From Diplonema japonicum (taxonomy: Eukaryota; Protista; Euglenozoa: Diplonemea), in contig OZ025702.1 in NCBI GenBank assembly GCA_964019335.1, positions 62,001 to 126,000 of the forward strand: a stretch of DNA of 64,000 nucleotides, in the 5' to 3' direction. Positions within the stretch are counted from its first letter, which is position 1. Every line of letters starts with the position of its first letter. Shown one piece after another: positions 32,881-44,256 of this stretch. The position numbers and the translations under genes were made by a program. The notes below the pieces were generated by a model, which saw only the letters and a list, made by a program, of their open reading frames with translations, had not been told where the DNA came from and made no database searches.

Positions 32881-34140
32881 ATGGCCGCGATACTAGTGGG
32901 ACTGGTAGTGCTGACAGCGCGGGCACAAAACCCTGACAGTGACGGATTGATGAACCTCCATCTCATGCCTGACAAAGTGGCGGACGGGGCTATGTGCTTA
33001 GATGGGACCCCAGCAGGGTTTTACTTCAAGCCCTTTTCAGGGATCGCTAACAGCAACAAATGGCAGCTCTTTATCGAAGGCGGCGGCTGGTGCTACGACG
33101 CAGAAGACTGCTACCAAAGGTCCAAGGGAAGGCTCGGCAGCTCGACAGGATGGAACACTACCACCACACAAGGCGGGATGATGTCGCAAAACTGCACCGT
33201 GAACCCGGATTTCTGCAACTACAACAAAGTAGAGCTGACATACTGCGACGGCAACAGCTTCACAGGGAACAGAGAGGACCCTTTGGTGTACAATGGAACG
33301 AACATGTACTTCAGAGGAAAGCGGAATTTAGATGCAATTTTGGAAACGCTTTTGGAGAAGTACAACCTGCGCGACGCCCAAGAGGTCATGCTCACAGGAT
33401 GCTCGGCAGGTGGCCTCTCTACCTTCATCCACACCAACTACGTGCAGGACTGGCTCTCAACGCACACTACAAGCTTGAAAAAATTCAAGGCGGTTGCACT
33501 GTCGGGTTTTTTCCTGGATCACACCAACATCGAAGGCAATCCCGTCTACCATGATGAGATAGTGAACATCCACAGTATCTCAAATGCGACACTGGACGTG
33601 CGGTGTGTTGAGGCAAACAAGAATGCTCCCTGGAAGTGCAACTTTGCACAGTACACATACCCCCACGTTGCCGCACCCATGATGGTGATTAACTCTGCTT
33701 ACGACCAGTGGCAGCTGGGGTGTATCTACACCGCAGTGTACCCCCAAGGATGGCCTAACCAAACAGACCCCGTCCATGGAGGGTGTAATAAGATTAAAGG
33801 ATGGACTGAGTGTACTGATAACCCAGACGACTGTTCTTCGTCGCAAATGGTCACTATGAACAAGTACATCACAGACTTCAACGTGACCATTCAGCAGATT
33901 CCGAAGTTCTCTGAGGCGGGGAGCGGTGCTTTCCTTCATTCGTGCCACACGCACTGCGAGGCGAAGAAGGATGATTCTTACATCGGGTTCAAGATTAACG
34001 GTGTCAGCATTCGCGATGCGTTGTCGAAGTGGTGGGCCGCCCCCACCACGGACCCCGCGTCGTCTCACCAGTACACCCCGTGTCTCTACAACACGGGTAA
34101 CACGACTGAAAGAGATTGTAACCCCACGTGTCTTCTGTAA
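32881..34140 (+). CDS. Secreted pectin acetylesterase / Notum-family esterase
   Basis: Signal peptide; CLDGTPAGFY, EGGGWC, YCDGNSFTG, GCSAGG nucleophile, NSAYD and HC motifs. Confidence 0.92.
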   Translation: MAAILVGLVVLTARAQNPDSDGLMNLHLMPDKVADGAMCLDGTPAGFYFKPFSGIANSNKWQLFIEGGGWCYDAEDCYQRSKGRLGSSTGWNTTTTQGGMMSQNCTVNPDFCNYNKVELTYCDGNSFTGNREDPLVYNGTNMYFRGKRNLDAILETLLEKYNLRDAQEVMLTGCSAGGLSTFIHTNYVQDWLSTHTTSLKKFKAVALSGFFLDHTNIEGNPVYHDEIVNIHSISNATLDVRCVEANKNAPWKCNFAQYTYPHVAAPMMVINSAYDQWQLGCIYTAVYPQGWPNQTDPVHGGCNKIKGWTECTDNPDDCSSSQMVTMNKYITDFNVTIQQIPKFSEAGSGAFLHSCHTHCEAKKDDSYIGFKINGVSIRDALSKWWAAPTTDPASSHQYTPCLYNTGNTTERDCNPTCLL

Positions 34141-34443
34141 GGGGCATCATCAGGTCGTGGTGATCTTGCCCTCTTTTTTTATTTTATTTTCTAAACTTTT
34201 TTTCGCCTCAAAAAAAAAAAAAAAAAAAAAAAAAGGCGGTCGTGGGTGGTACTATTTTGTTTCAACCGAAAGGGGGGGGGGGGGAAAGAAAAAAAGGAAA
34301 AAAAAAAAAAAAAAGGAAAAAAAAAAAAACCAACGTATTCTTTTTTTTTTGTGTTTTCATTGTATTACGCCACAGTTTTTTTTTTTTTTTCTTCTCTTAC
34401 TTACTTTTCACAAACAACACACCCTTCTGCAGCCCTACACAAG

Positions 34444-36219
34444 ATGTCCTCGTGGATCCTCGAGGGCGACGAGAAGGCAACCGTGGTGGTCGATGGACAG
34501 GAGCGGAGGGTGCACACTGCGTATGACGCAGGAAGGGTGCAGGTGGCGGTGGACGGGTACGCGCTGATGCATTCGAAGCAGTTCAAGTTGATCAAGGATG
34601 GCGTGGGAGAGGAAGGATGGGGGGAGTGCAAAGTGCGAGAGGGCGTGCGGGTGTGGACCAAGGTTCGACCCATGCTGCAGTTCAAGGCGGCGATACGGGT
34701 GGAGCGTGATGCGTCAGTGGCGTACAGCACACTGCTGAACACCAGCTACAGACTGGAGTGGGACACCACACTCATGAGCAGCAGACGCATCGGCGTTCTG
34801 TCGCACAACAACGATCTCTTGTACTTCAAGACCAACCTCCCTGCACAGGATGGATCTGCTGACTTTGTCGTGCAGCGTGCGTGGGCCGCATTGCCTCAGC
34901 ATGAGTACGTCCTCGTGCACCACTCTGTACCGCACCCCGACTACCCCACCACCCCCGACAGGGGTCACGTCTACGGCTTCGGGTACCTTGTGACACCATG
35001 TGCCGACGACCCGGAGGCATGTGTTGTGCGTTCCTACACACAAGTCGACAGCGGCCTCTTCTCTAGCACACCTGCCGAGCTGGCCGACCTCTGCGGAGAG
35101 AACCTGCTCAGCCTCCGTGAGGGCGTCCTCGCCTACCCGCAGAACCTCCCCATCGTGACAGGACCCCTCCTGCGTCAGGCGGACGTCTGCGACGTCGCCA
35201 CCCTGGTGCGGAACATCCTCGATGAAGAGACAGAGGGGCGTGACATGCTCCTCAAGGAGCACGACCTGGAGCTCCCTGCGTGCCTCGACATCCCGCGCAG
35301 CGGGTCGAAGGAGGTCCTGAGCAGCTCCCCCGGTCTGACGGACCCATCGTCGCCCTCAGAACTGCACTCATCGTGCAGCACACCTGTGGGCATGCTCATC
35401 CACGGCAACCAGATCGCCCCTAAGGAGTGCAAGCGGTGCCTGCAGCCATTCCATGCAACACGCAGGCGGCATTGCTGCCGTTCATGCGGCGACTCGTTCT
35501 GCTCAGCGTGCTCCCCGAACAAGGCACTGCTGCACGACGGTGAGGGCGTGCAAAGGCCTTCCCGCGTGTGCGACGCGTGCCACCGGCAACTGTCGCCCAA
35601 CACGAACCTGATCCTCTCCCCGAAGGCAGTCGGCAGGCTGTCGAGCACGAGCTTCCTGCGAAGACAGGACTCGAATAACTTCGAGCTGCAAAGAGCGCTG
35701 GCGAAGGTGAAGGAGCTGGAGGAGCAGCTGAACGAGATCAAAGACTGTCATGAAAAGCACGCGGATCAGATACAAGTGGGACGGATGGCGACAGCGATGG
35801 AAGAGGAACGCGCGGTCAGCAGGCGGAGGGACTTCATTGCAGGGAAGCACCACACCAAAGCCTGTCAGATATGCGGGGCTGCCTTCAGATTATTCAGGAG
35901 AGAGCACCATTGCAGAATGTGCTATCGGTCGGTGTGCGCAACGTGCAGCCCGAGCCGTGTAGGGAAGGAGGCTTTGCGGAAGTGCTTGTGGTGCGACATG
36001 GCACCCCCTGCCAACATGCCTGCCTGTGCAGTAGGCCACACTGCCGCCATGCGGGCAGCGGAGTACCTGACAGCTGCTGAGATCCTGTGGCAAGCTTCTG
36101 AAGAGGAAAGGCCTCTTACGCCTATTGCCTCTGACCACGATGATAATTCTTCATTCGCGCCTTCTGATATGCCCACACCTGACCCGAAGGTGTCTGTTAA
36201 CTTCTTTGCTAACTCTTAA
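34444..36219 (+). CDS. START lipid-transfer domain + two FYVE zinc fingers
   Basis: START-like (YRLEWD, DFVVQRAW, SVPHPDYP); FYVE1 RRRHCCRSCGDSFC...RVCDAC; FYVE2 RREHHCRMCYRSVC...KCLWC; coiled coil between them. Confidence 0.85.
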   Translation: MSSWILEGDEKATVVVDGQERRVHTAYDAGRVQVAVDGYALMHSKQFKLIKDGVGEEGWGECKVREGVRVWTKVRPMLQFKAAIRVERDASVAYSTLLNTSYRLEWDTTLMSSRRIGVLSHNNDLLYFKTNLPAQDGSADFVVQRAWAALPQHEYVLVHHSVPHPDYPTTPDRGHVYGFGYLVTPCADDPEACVVRSYTQVDSGLFSSTPAELADLCGENLLSLREGVLAYPQNLPIVTGPLLRQADVCDVATLVRNILDEETEGRDMLLKEHDLELPACLDIPRSGSKEVLSSSPGLTDPSSPSELHSSCSTPVGMLIHGNQIAPKECKRCLQPFHATRRRHCCRSCGDSFCSACSPNKALLHDGEGVQRPSRVCDACHRQLSPNTNLILSPKAVGRLSSTSFLRRQDSNNFELQRALAKVKELEEQLNEIKDCHEKHADQIQVGRMATAMEEERAVSRRRDFIAGKHHTKACQICGAAFRLFRREHHCRMCYRSVCATCSPSRVGKEALRKCLWCDMAPPANMPACAVGHTAAMRAAEYLTAAEILWQASEEERPLTPIASDHDDNSSFAPSDMPTPDPKVSVNFFANS

Positions 36220-36996
36220 ACGGAAGATTTTTAAAAATGAATGAGAAGAAGAAGAAGAAAAAAAGAAGAAGAAGGGGAAAACCATTTTTTTTCCCCCCTC
36301 CGTGTGTGTATGCGTCCAGTTTTATTGTGATTTTTTTTTTTTTTCCCTTTATGCTAAACTCTTCCTTCCCTTTACCCTCTACTTCTGCTTCCTTGACGGC
36401 ACGTAGCTACGCTTCACCCTTCCCCCCCTTTATACCCCTTTTCTTTTGGTCTGGTTTGTGTTATGTTTTTTTGCGTAGGAAAAAAAAAAAAAAAGGAAAA
36501 CAAAAAAACACCGTTCACGGGAAGCAAAAAAAATTTTTTTTTAAAAATACACCACAGGTCTGTAAGTAGAATTCTTCAGAGCTTTCTTTTGATTTTCTTT
36601 TTTGTGCTTTCCCAGCTGAAGTCCCACGGGGTCTTTTCTTTTGCCAAGCCACCATTATTTTTTGCTCCCCGTGCTACGGTTTGCGTCACGATAAACCCCA
36701 ATCAGGTATAATAAAGTTGGAAGTCACCGTAGTTGAAAGAAATGGTGGAAAAAAAAAATGATTTTCGCCAACTGTGAACGATTTTTTTCCCAAAAGGGAA
36801 AAAAAAAAAAAAAAAAAGAGGAAAGAAAAAAAAAAGAAAAAAAAAGGAAGGGCGGGAAATAAAAATAAAAAAAGGAGCTTTTCATTTTTTTTTTTCCCCT
36901 CCTCTTTTCCGTTTCTCCCCATCGTGGGAGGTTGTGGGGGTTTCCCCCTGCTGAACTGACCTTTTTCAATTTTCTTTCTTCTTTTTAGAGGACATT

Positions 36997-37040
<44 letters not shown>

Positions 37041-37923
37041 CGGTGCTCTTCTCCCTTCCCGAGTGCTAAACAGACGACCCGGAACGAAAAAGAAAAAGAA
37101 AAAAAAAAAACTAGATACTTATTTACCCTCCTCCACCGTCAGACCCCAGAAGACCTATATAGGAGTTCCCATTCTTGTTCTCATGTTTGCTGCACTAAGC
37201 ACATAATGAACAAATCTCGAACAAATTGTTGGAGAGAGAATGAAGACATGATCCCCCCCTCCCATTTCTCCCCCTCTTCTATTGCTGACCTTATTTTTAT
37301 GCAACCCCTCCGTGAGGGTGATTGGTTTTTTTTTTTTTTTTCTTTCTTCTTTTTTTGCCCTATCAAAAAAAAAAAAAAATCCTTTCCTGCTTCTTTTCTT
37401 ATTATTTTTTTTTTTAATGTCTCTTTTTTTTTTTTTTTCTTTCTTCCCTTGCTCAGTCCTCTTTTCCCATGGTCCTTCAGTTGCCCCATGTTACATAAGC
37501 GAAGCTGAGAAGGAGAAGGGAAAAAAAAAAGGGGGGGGGAAATACAAGTTTTTTGTGGTGGAAATTGCTAGCAGATTCTGCCTTTTTTTTTTTTTTTTTT
37601 ACTATTAATTTCTCCCCTTTCTCCCCCTTTTTTTTTTCTTCCTGTGTTTTTTTTTTTCTCTTTTTTTTATTGTTGTAATATCCAAAAGAAGAGAGTAGTG
37701 ATTATAGGTGTTGTTATAGGTGATTATCCCTCTTTCTCTTAAAGAAGGCCTTCTCCTAAAAGCCCCATTCTCGCTTCCGCAAACCCAGCTCCTGTAGGCT
37801 TGGCGGCTCCATGGAAAGCAAAAGGGTTTATTTCTTGCGGGCCGTTGCTAACCACTTCGTTCCTATCATAGTGAATTTCTTTTTTTTTTTTTTATTTCAC
37901 TCTTCGTCATTTTCTTCACTCAC

Positions 37924-38439
37924 TAGGGGCCTCATTATTTAACGCGAAATGGCCATTATTTAACGCGAAACGGCCATTATTTAACGCGAAATCGCCATTA
38001 TTTAACTAGTTAAATAATGAGATTTTGCAGTTAAATAATGGCCCTTCAGAGTGAAAAAATGGGTCTTGTCGTGGAAAAAAATGCACCCAACCCCTTGAAA
38101 AATTTTTTGGGGTGGGGGTATTTTGACTATTTTTGGCCATCTGAGGCCATTCCAGCCCTTAAAAGTGGGAATAAGTGCCTTACTTCCCCTTTAAATGCCA
38201 CGGCGAAATAGCTACCCTGTATTACCTTAGGAAAATCCCCAAAAAGCTGACCTGCGTGAAAAAAAACAGCAGTGAAAGCAGTGAAGAGTGAGTGACTCAA
38301 ATGACGAAGAGTGAAATAAAACGACTTACTTGCCGCCAAATGAGCCATTATTTAACACTCGTTACCCGTTTTTTTGCACTCGGGCCCTGCGGGCCCTCGT
38401 GCAAAAAATTCGGGAACTCGAGTTAAATAATGACTCATT
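37924..38439. mobile_element. Palindromic MITE-like element built on ATTATTTAAC repeats
   Basis: TAGGGG start, 21-bp tandem units, 24-bp perfect palindrome 37996-38019, about 97-bp imperfect hairpin 38341-38437; eight copies of the 10-mer in both orientations. Confidence 0.65.
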
Positions 38440-38867
38440 ATTTGTTGGCAATAAATAGTTATTTTTTTTTTTTTTTGCTGTTCTTTCGCTGACACTTCTC
38501 CAATCATAAAAATGAGGAAAAAAAATTTTTTTTTCTTTTTGACATTATCGTGGATCGAAGTTACTATTATTTTTCTTTCTTTCTTTCTATATTTTCTCAA
38601 AAAAAGAAGAAGGGGGGGGGGGGGGGGGGAAGAGGGAGAGGGAGAGGGGGTAAATAAAAAAAAAAAGAAAACAGACCTGTCTAGCGTGGCTTGTTCCCAA
38701 TCAAAAAAAAAAACACTTTTTTTTTTTTTTTGAAAAAAAAACGTGTCGAAAAAAAAAAAAATGTGATGTCTGGTCTGGCCCTTCTTCTTTTTTGCTATTT
38801 TTTTTTTTTTTTTTTTTTTTTGCCTAGGTTTCCCTTTCACCGAAAAACAGGAGGGGGGGAAAAAAAA

Positions 38868-39856
38868 ATGGGCGACAAAGACCTCACCCTGTTTCACACT
38901 ATGGTGGCGGGCAGTGTGGCAGGGATGTCGGAGCACATCGTAATGTACCCTATGGACACAATCAAAACTAAGCTCATGAGCCGGAATGTGGGGTGGAAGT
39001 ACAGCGGGGCGACCCACTGCGCCAAAAAAATTATAAAGAACGAAGGGTTCAGAGGTATGTACAGGGGCCTGGGGCCTGCATTCGCATCGGCCGTCCCTGC
39101 GCACGCAGCTTTGTTCAGCAGCTACGAGTTTGTTAAAAAGGGTTCAGAACCATATGTTTCCGAGGACATCTCTCTCTTGCTAGGTGCAGGCGCAGCAACC
39201 TGCTTGCACGATACCGTCTCTGTCCCCTTTGATGTCGTCAAGCAGCGATTGCAGGAACAGCACACGCAGCACGGATCTGCCATTCGGTGTTTCAAGTACA
39301 TCTTGAAAACGGAAGGCCCCTCCGCCTTCACCAGGTCCCTCCCTGCCACGTACCTGTTAAATTTCCCAGCACAAGCTGTTCATTGGCTAACATATGAAAC
39401 CGCTAAAAAATACACCGGGAAAGAGATCGAGGAGCGAGTGGCAATGGACTATTTCATATGCGGGGTATGAGAAAGGGGTTTTGGAGGGGGAAAAAAAAAA
39501 AAAAAAAAAAACTCAGGCGTTTGCTGGCATATGCACTGCAGTCGTGACAAACCCCCTTGATCTGGTACGCACACGGATACAGCTGGGTGAGAGCTCATAC
39601 AAAAATACTATCAAGGATGTGTACACCACACATGGGATCACTGGGTTTTGGAGGGTATGTTTTTTTTTTTTTTTTTTCAAAAAAAAAAAAAAATCAGGGA
39701 TGTATACCACGGATGGCCTTTCAAGCACCTTCTGCAGCACTCACGATGACCAGTTACGAGGTGACAAAGGTCTTCCTTTTGGGACGTGATATAGCGACGA
39801 TTACAACCGACACATCACATCCCCCTACACTCACAACGGCTAACCCGGCTATTTGA
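38868..39856 (+). CDS. Mitochondrial carrier, mitoferrin (MRS3/4)-like, three exons
   Basis: Three PxDxxKxR-type repeats (YPMDTIKTK, PFDVVKQR, PLDLVRTR); mitoferrin-type AGMSEH, PAHA and LHD motifs; introns 39465-39516 and 39655-39697 restore the third repeat. Confidence 0.9.
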
Positions 39857-41338
39857 GGGGAGGGGGGGGGAAGAAGCAAAAGAGGAGAGTCATGGGCTCC
39901 TTCTTTTTTTTTTTTTTTTTTTTTTTGAATTATTTTCGTTCTTTCCATTTCCCTCTTCCCCACCCCCTGCTACGTTTCTGTAACGAAAAAAAAAAAAAAC
40001 TGGACTTGAAATAGGAGAGAGAAAAAAAAAAAAGAAAAAAAAAACTAGCTCTGGACGGCTGGATGGGGGTGAGGGAGAGTGGGGAGGATAGGGTTCGATT
40101 TTTTTTTTTTTACCCTCCCTCCTCCCCCCCCCCCCCCTCCCCGCCCTCTTTTTTTTCTTCCCCCTTTTTTTTAATATTTTTATTTTTTCTAAAGATGTAA
40201 AAGAGTTTTCTTTTTTTTCTGAAAAAAAAAAATGAAAGAAATCTCAAAATGGGGGGGGGAACTTTTTTTGAGGTTTCAAAAAAAAAAGAAAACTTTTACC
40301 TCTTTACGAGACATTTATGATGGGAAAAAAAAACAAAGAGAAATAGCGAGGAGAAACCAGGAGAAGGAGAAAGGGAAGGAACTAGTAGGCAGGTGTGGAC
40401 CAGCAGAAGAAAGAGGGGAGGAGAAAAAAAATTCATTTCTTCATTTCACGGCCCATAATACAAAACAGTAAACTTTTTTTTTTTCCTTTTCTGAGTTTGG
40501 TTACAGAGTGCCGTTTTGTATTTCTTGAATAAAAGAATTAAAAAAAACTTTTTTTTTTTTTTCCATACCCCTTTTTTCATTTCCTTTTCACCTATTGAAT
40601 GCCCACCATCGACTACTTCCAAATTAGAGCCTGTTGGCCACCGCCCCTGTGAGTTTAGTCCCCCCCCCTTTTTTTGTGAAGAATAGTGCATTCTTGTGAA
40701 ATACAAAAAGGAAAGGAGGGTGAAAAAAAAAAGAAGAAGAAGAGAAAGCAAAAAATTACGACGTGTGTGTGTTTTGTTTCTTCTCTCTTTTTTTTTTGTT
40801 TCTTTTCTCAAGAATTTTTTTTTACCCCTAAACAAGGTATACACCTCCTTTAGTTTCTTCTCTTTCTCCCTTCCCCTGGCTGTTTAAAAAAAAAAAAAAA
40901 ATGAAGAAAGCAAAATCATTGAGGGTTTGAGAACTCAAAGGCTGTGGTTCCAAGGGGGATTCACCTCCTGTGACTATATCTTTTGTGCTCTCCCCGCGTG
41001 AGCCCCTGCCCTTCGCATTGGAAAGGAAGGAGAGGGCTTTTTTTTTTTTTTTTTTTTTTTTTTTTTCCCGTTCTAGCTTTTTTTTAACCTTTTTTTGTGC
41101 TGAAAAAAAAAAGAGAGAACAAAATCCGGATGCAAAAAAAAAAAGAAAAGAAAAAAAAGAAGAAAAAAAAAAAAGAAATGAGGTGAGAACGAAAGAAAAG
41201 AAGAAAGAAAAAAAAAAAAGAAACGGAGTACCAGTAAGAAAAGGATGTCTTTTTTGTTATGTTTTCTCCCCCCATTTTTTTTTTTTTTTTTTTTTTTATA
41301 CTTTTTATCTTCATATCTCGTCATTTTCACCAATCCCC

Positions 41339-41375
<37 letters not shown>

Positions 41376-41451
41376 CTTTTTCACTGCCGGGGTAGGGGGA
41401 ATATTATTTCAAAAAAAAAAAAAAAAAAAAAAAAAAAGGAAGGGGGCAAAT

Positions 41452-42357
41452 ATGAGCTACCTACATTTCGGCCCAGATCATGAAGACGAGGCAAGACGGC
41501 TACGAGCAATGCAAGCAGGCAAGCAGCTAAGCCCCGAAAGAGCAGCACGGATGTACATCGACGCAAAACCTTTAGTAACGACAGGAGAACACAAAAATAT
41601 AAGCCCGGGAAAGGAGGGAGGAAGCAGGTACAGGATGATGGAGATGATGAGGAAAGAAGTCGAGGCCATACAACAACATAAAAAAACAAAAGAACAGATG
41701 ATAAGGCGAATCGACTCCACCGCCCAGCAACCAGTTCGAATAAGTCAGTACCAAGGGGTTGAGGTGTTCAATCCAATGGACGTTTCACGACATGTCCAAG
41801 GGTATCTAGATCCCGTGGTTCGAGGTGACAAACTGCTTCCCTTAGAGGTAACACAACAGGTTGCAAAGCTGAAGGAGGAACTGGGCAGCGAGCGTCAAAA
41901 ATCGACAGTTCTTGAAAGACGTTTGGTAGCCTCAGATGGCGTGCTCACACAGTTAACAGTCGAAGCAGAGGAAAAGAAAAGAGTTGTCACAATGGCACCG
42001 GAAGTAAATGGACTCCTTACCAGGCTTGATGAAATGAACAAAGCAGCAGCTTATGAGCTTGCTCAGACGCAGTCAGAGACTGAGCTTCTTCGGCACCAGC
42101 TTGCGTCACTTAGGGAAGAACAGGCTGCTCTCAGTTCTCAGCTGCAGGAAAGACAGCGGCAGCCACCTCCCCCGCCCCCCTCTTCCCTCCCCGATCTCCC
42201 CCACCATTCTTCTTCTCTCCCCTCCTTGCGGTCAAAGGTGAACGACCTCCTTGCATCGCGGCCCACAACCAACTCCAATGCGTCCATCACCCCACTCTCC
42301 AACAGGAAGTGGCAGGGCGGTTCCGCACCCCCACCAGGGGGACCTTCTATTTATTAG
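41452..42357 (+). CDS. Hypothetical coiled-coil protein with Pro-rich tail
   Basis: Complex ORF from the first ATG after the homopolymer leader; heptad-rich middle. Confidence 0.72.
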   Translation: MSYLHFGPDHEDEARRLRAMQAGKQLSPERAARMYIDAKPLVTTGEHKNISPGKEGGSRYRMMEMMRKEVEAIQQHKKTKEQMIRRIDSTAQQPVRISQYQGVEVFNPMDVSRHVQGYLDPVVRGDKLLPLEVTQQVAKLKEELGSERQKSTVLERRLVASDGVLTQLTVEAEEKKRVVTMAPEVNGLLTRLDEMNKAAAYELAQTQSETELLRHQLASLREEQAALSSQLQERQRQPPPPPPSSLPDLPHHSSSLPSLRSKVNDLLASRPTTNSNASITPLSNRKWQGGSAPPPGGPSIY

Positions 42358-42588
42358 TTAGATGTATCCCCTTTTTTTTTTTTAAATTTTTTTCTTTTAT
42401 TAGAAAAAGAGCGTCATGGCCTTAAGAAGGTTACGACGTTCTCTCAAAAAGGTTGTATTTTTTTTTTCTTTTTCTTCCCCCTCCCCCACTCCCCATGTTT
42501 TTTTTTTTTTAAACCCTGCCCGTTCTTTTATTTCATATCGAACCCCCTCCCAAAGGGCAAGAAAAAAAAAAAAGAGAAAAAAAAAAAT

Positions 42589-44067
42589 ATGAACAAACGA
42601 AAAATCTCTGTAATAACACAACAGCAGAAGCAGCCCGACGAGGAGGGCGAGGAGGATGAGAAGAGGCCTCGGAAAAGCAAGGCGGGGTGGTGCTTCATGG
42701 GAACGGACGTCGAAGAAGAGGACGACTACAACCCGGAGAACCACGTGGGGGACGGGTACGGAGAGATAAGCTACAAGTACGGCAGCGACTACCTTGCACT
42801 GGAGAAGGACAGCATCACGCTGGAAGGCGTCGCACGGGCAGACGCAGAAAAATACAAAATTGCAGCTCCCGGTTCCGACGGTTGCTCCGAGGACACCGAC
42901 TCCGACAACGGCTCCTTGGATGGCTACATGGATGCCTTCTTCGCCTCGGAAAAGCGAAACAGAACACTGGAACGATCCAACATATGCCCATTGCTCTGCA
43001 GGCACGGCAAGACAACCGACCGTTTCTCATCGCTCCGCGCTGGTGTGGATTCGTCCTGCTGCGCCATAAACGAACATCAAGCAATTTTCTACGGCGGGCG
43101 AAAAACCCTTGACGACGAAGCCGGGACGTCGAACTTACTGAAATGGTGTGAACAAAACAGAACCTTCTCAAAGATCACGTGCATCCCTTTCGAGATGCCT
43201 CCTCGATACGGCCATGCTGCCGTTTGCAACGGGACACAACTTCACATATTCGGCGGGAGGCACAACAAGAAAACGCTGAAGGACCTGTGGACGTTGACGC
43301 AAATGCCTTCAGGTGAATATCATGTAAAGGAGGTCAAACCCGTATCCGGAAGATCACCCGTTGGTTCCTACCATTCCAGCATGGTGCTCCACAATTCAAA
43401 ACTGGTACTATTCGGAGGCATCAGCCCTCAAGGAGCATCAACAGACTCATTAATCACCTTCAACACTACAGAAAATACCTGGGAGCATCTCAAGCTTCAA
43501 GGCGGCACACCTAAGCCACGACATGGCCACACTGCTTGTGTAGTAGAGCAGTCCATGTACGTGTTTGGAGGGATGGGGAGTGACGACACAGTACCTGACA
43601 GAAAGGAATACTTCAATGATTTGTTCAAAATGGACTTTGAAGGGATGGTGTGGACGCAGATTCACTTTGCAAATGGTGTCCCGCCTAGCCCGAGATGTTT
43701 TCATTCATCCTTTTCTCACGGTGGCTTGTTGTACGTGTTCGGGGGGGTGACTGTTGAAATTCTTACCGGGTCACCGCTTCTCCTTCATGTGTACTCTCCT
43801 CAATCCGACACTTGGCTCCCACCGAAGACCTACCCCTTGATCAGCCCTCATCTGTCGCGGCACACGTCGGTTGTTTTTCATTCTGCTGTTTTGACGCAAG
43901 GGGTCGATCGGTTGACAGGGGCGGCTTTCCTTTACCTCACCCCTTTGTCGACAACACTGAAAGATCTGTGTGCTGTTTTTGTTTTGCAGAATGCACTTCA
44001 GTACAGTGTTAAGAAGGATACGACGCAGACGAGAGTCGTGAGAAGGCGTCCTAATAGACGGTGCTGA
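42589..44067 (+). CDS. Kelch-repeat protein with C-terminal BC-box-like motif
   Basis: Repeats PRYGHA..IFGG, SYHSS..LFGG, PRHGHT..VFGG, PRCFHS..VFGG; TLKDLCAVFV resembles an Elongin BC box (KLHDC-type). Confidence 0.85.
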   Translation: MNKRKISVITQQQKQPDEEGEEDEKRPRKSKAGWCFMGTDVEEEDDYNPENHVGDGYGEISYKYGSDYLALEKDSITLEGVARADAEKYKIAAPGSDGCSEDTDSDNGSLDGYMDAFFASEKRNRTLERSNICPLLCRHGKTTDRFSSLRAGVDSSCCAINEHQAIFYGGRKTLDDEAGTSNLLKWCEQNRTFSKITCIPFEMPPRYGHAAVCNGTQLHIFGGRHNKKTLKDLWTLTQMPSGEYHVKEVKPVSGRSPVGSYHSSMVLHNSKLVLFGGISPQGASTDSLITFNTTENTWEHLKLQGGTPKPRHGHTACVVEQSMYVFGGMGSDDTVPDRKEYFNDLFKMDFEGMVWTQIHFANGVPPSPRCFHSSFSHGGLLYVFGGVTVEILTGSPLLLHVYSPQSDTWLPPKTYPLISPHLSRHTSVVFHSAVLTQGVDRLTGAAFLYLTPLSTTLKDLCAVFVLQNALQYSVKKDTTQTRVVRRRPNRRC

Positions 44068-44105
<38 letters not shown>

Positions 44106-44256
44106 TGTGTCTGAGGCCGCAATAAGTTAGAAACCCACTACACTTTTGGAGCTGACTGTGGTTGGAAAACATTTTTTTACCCCCCCTTTTTTTTTCGCTT
44201 TCCCACCTTTCGTAATTTTTTCTCGATAGACACACCGAAGACAAAAAAAAAAAAAA

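Noticed and set aside
37933-38045. CRISPR-like appearance of the 21-bp repeats
   Set aside because: Units are contiguous with no unique spacers, no cas genes, eukaryotic context.
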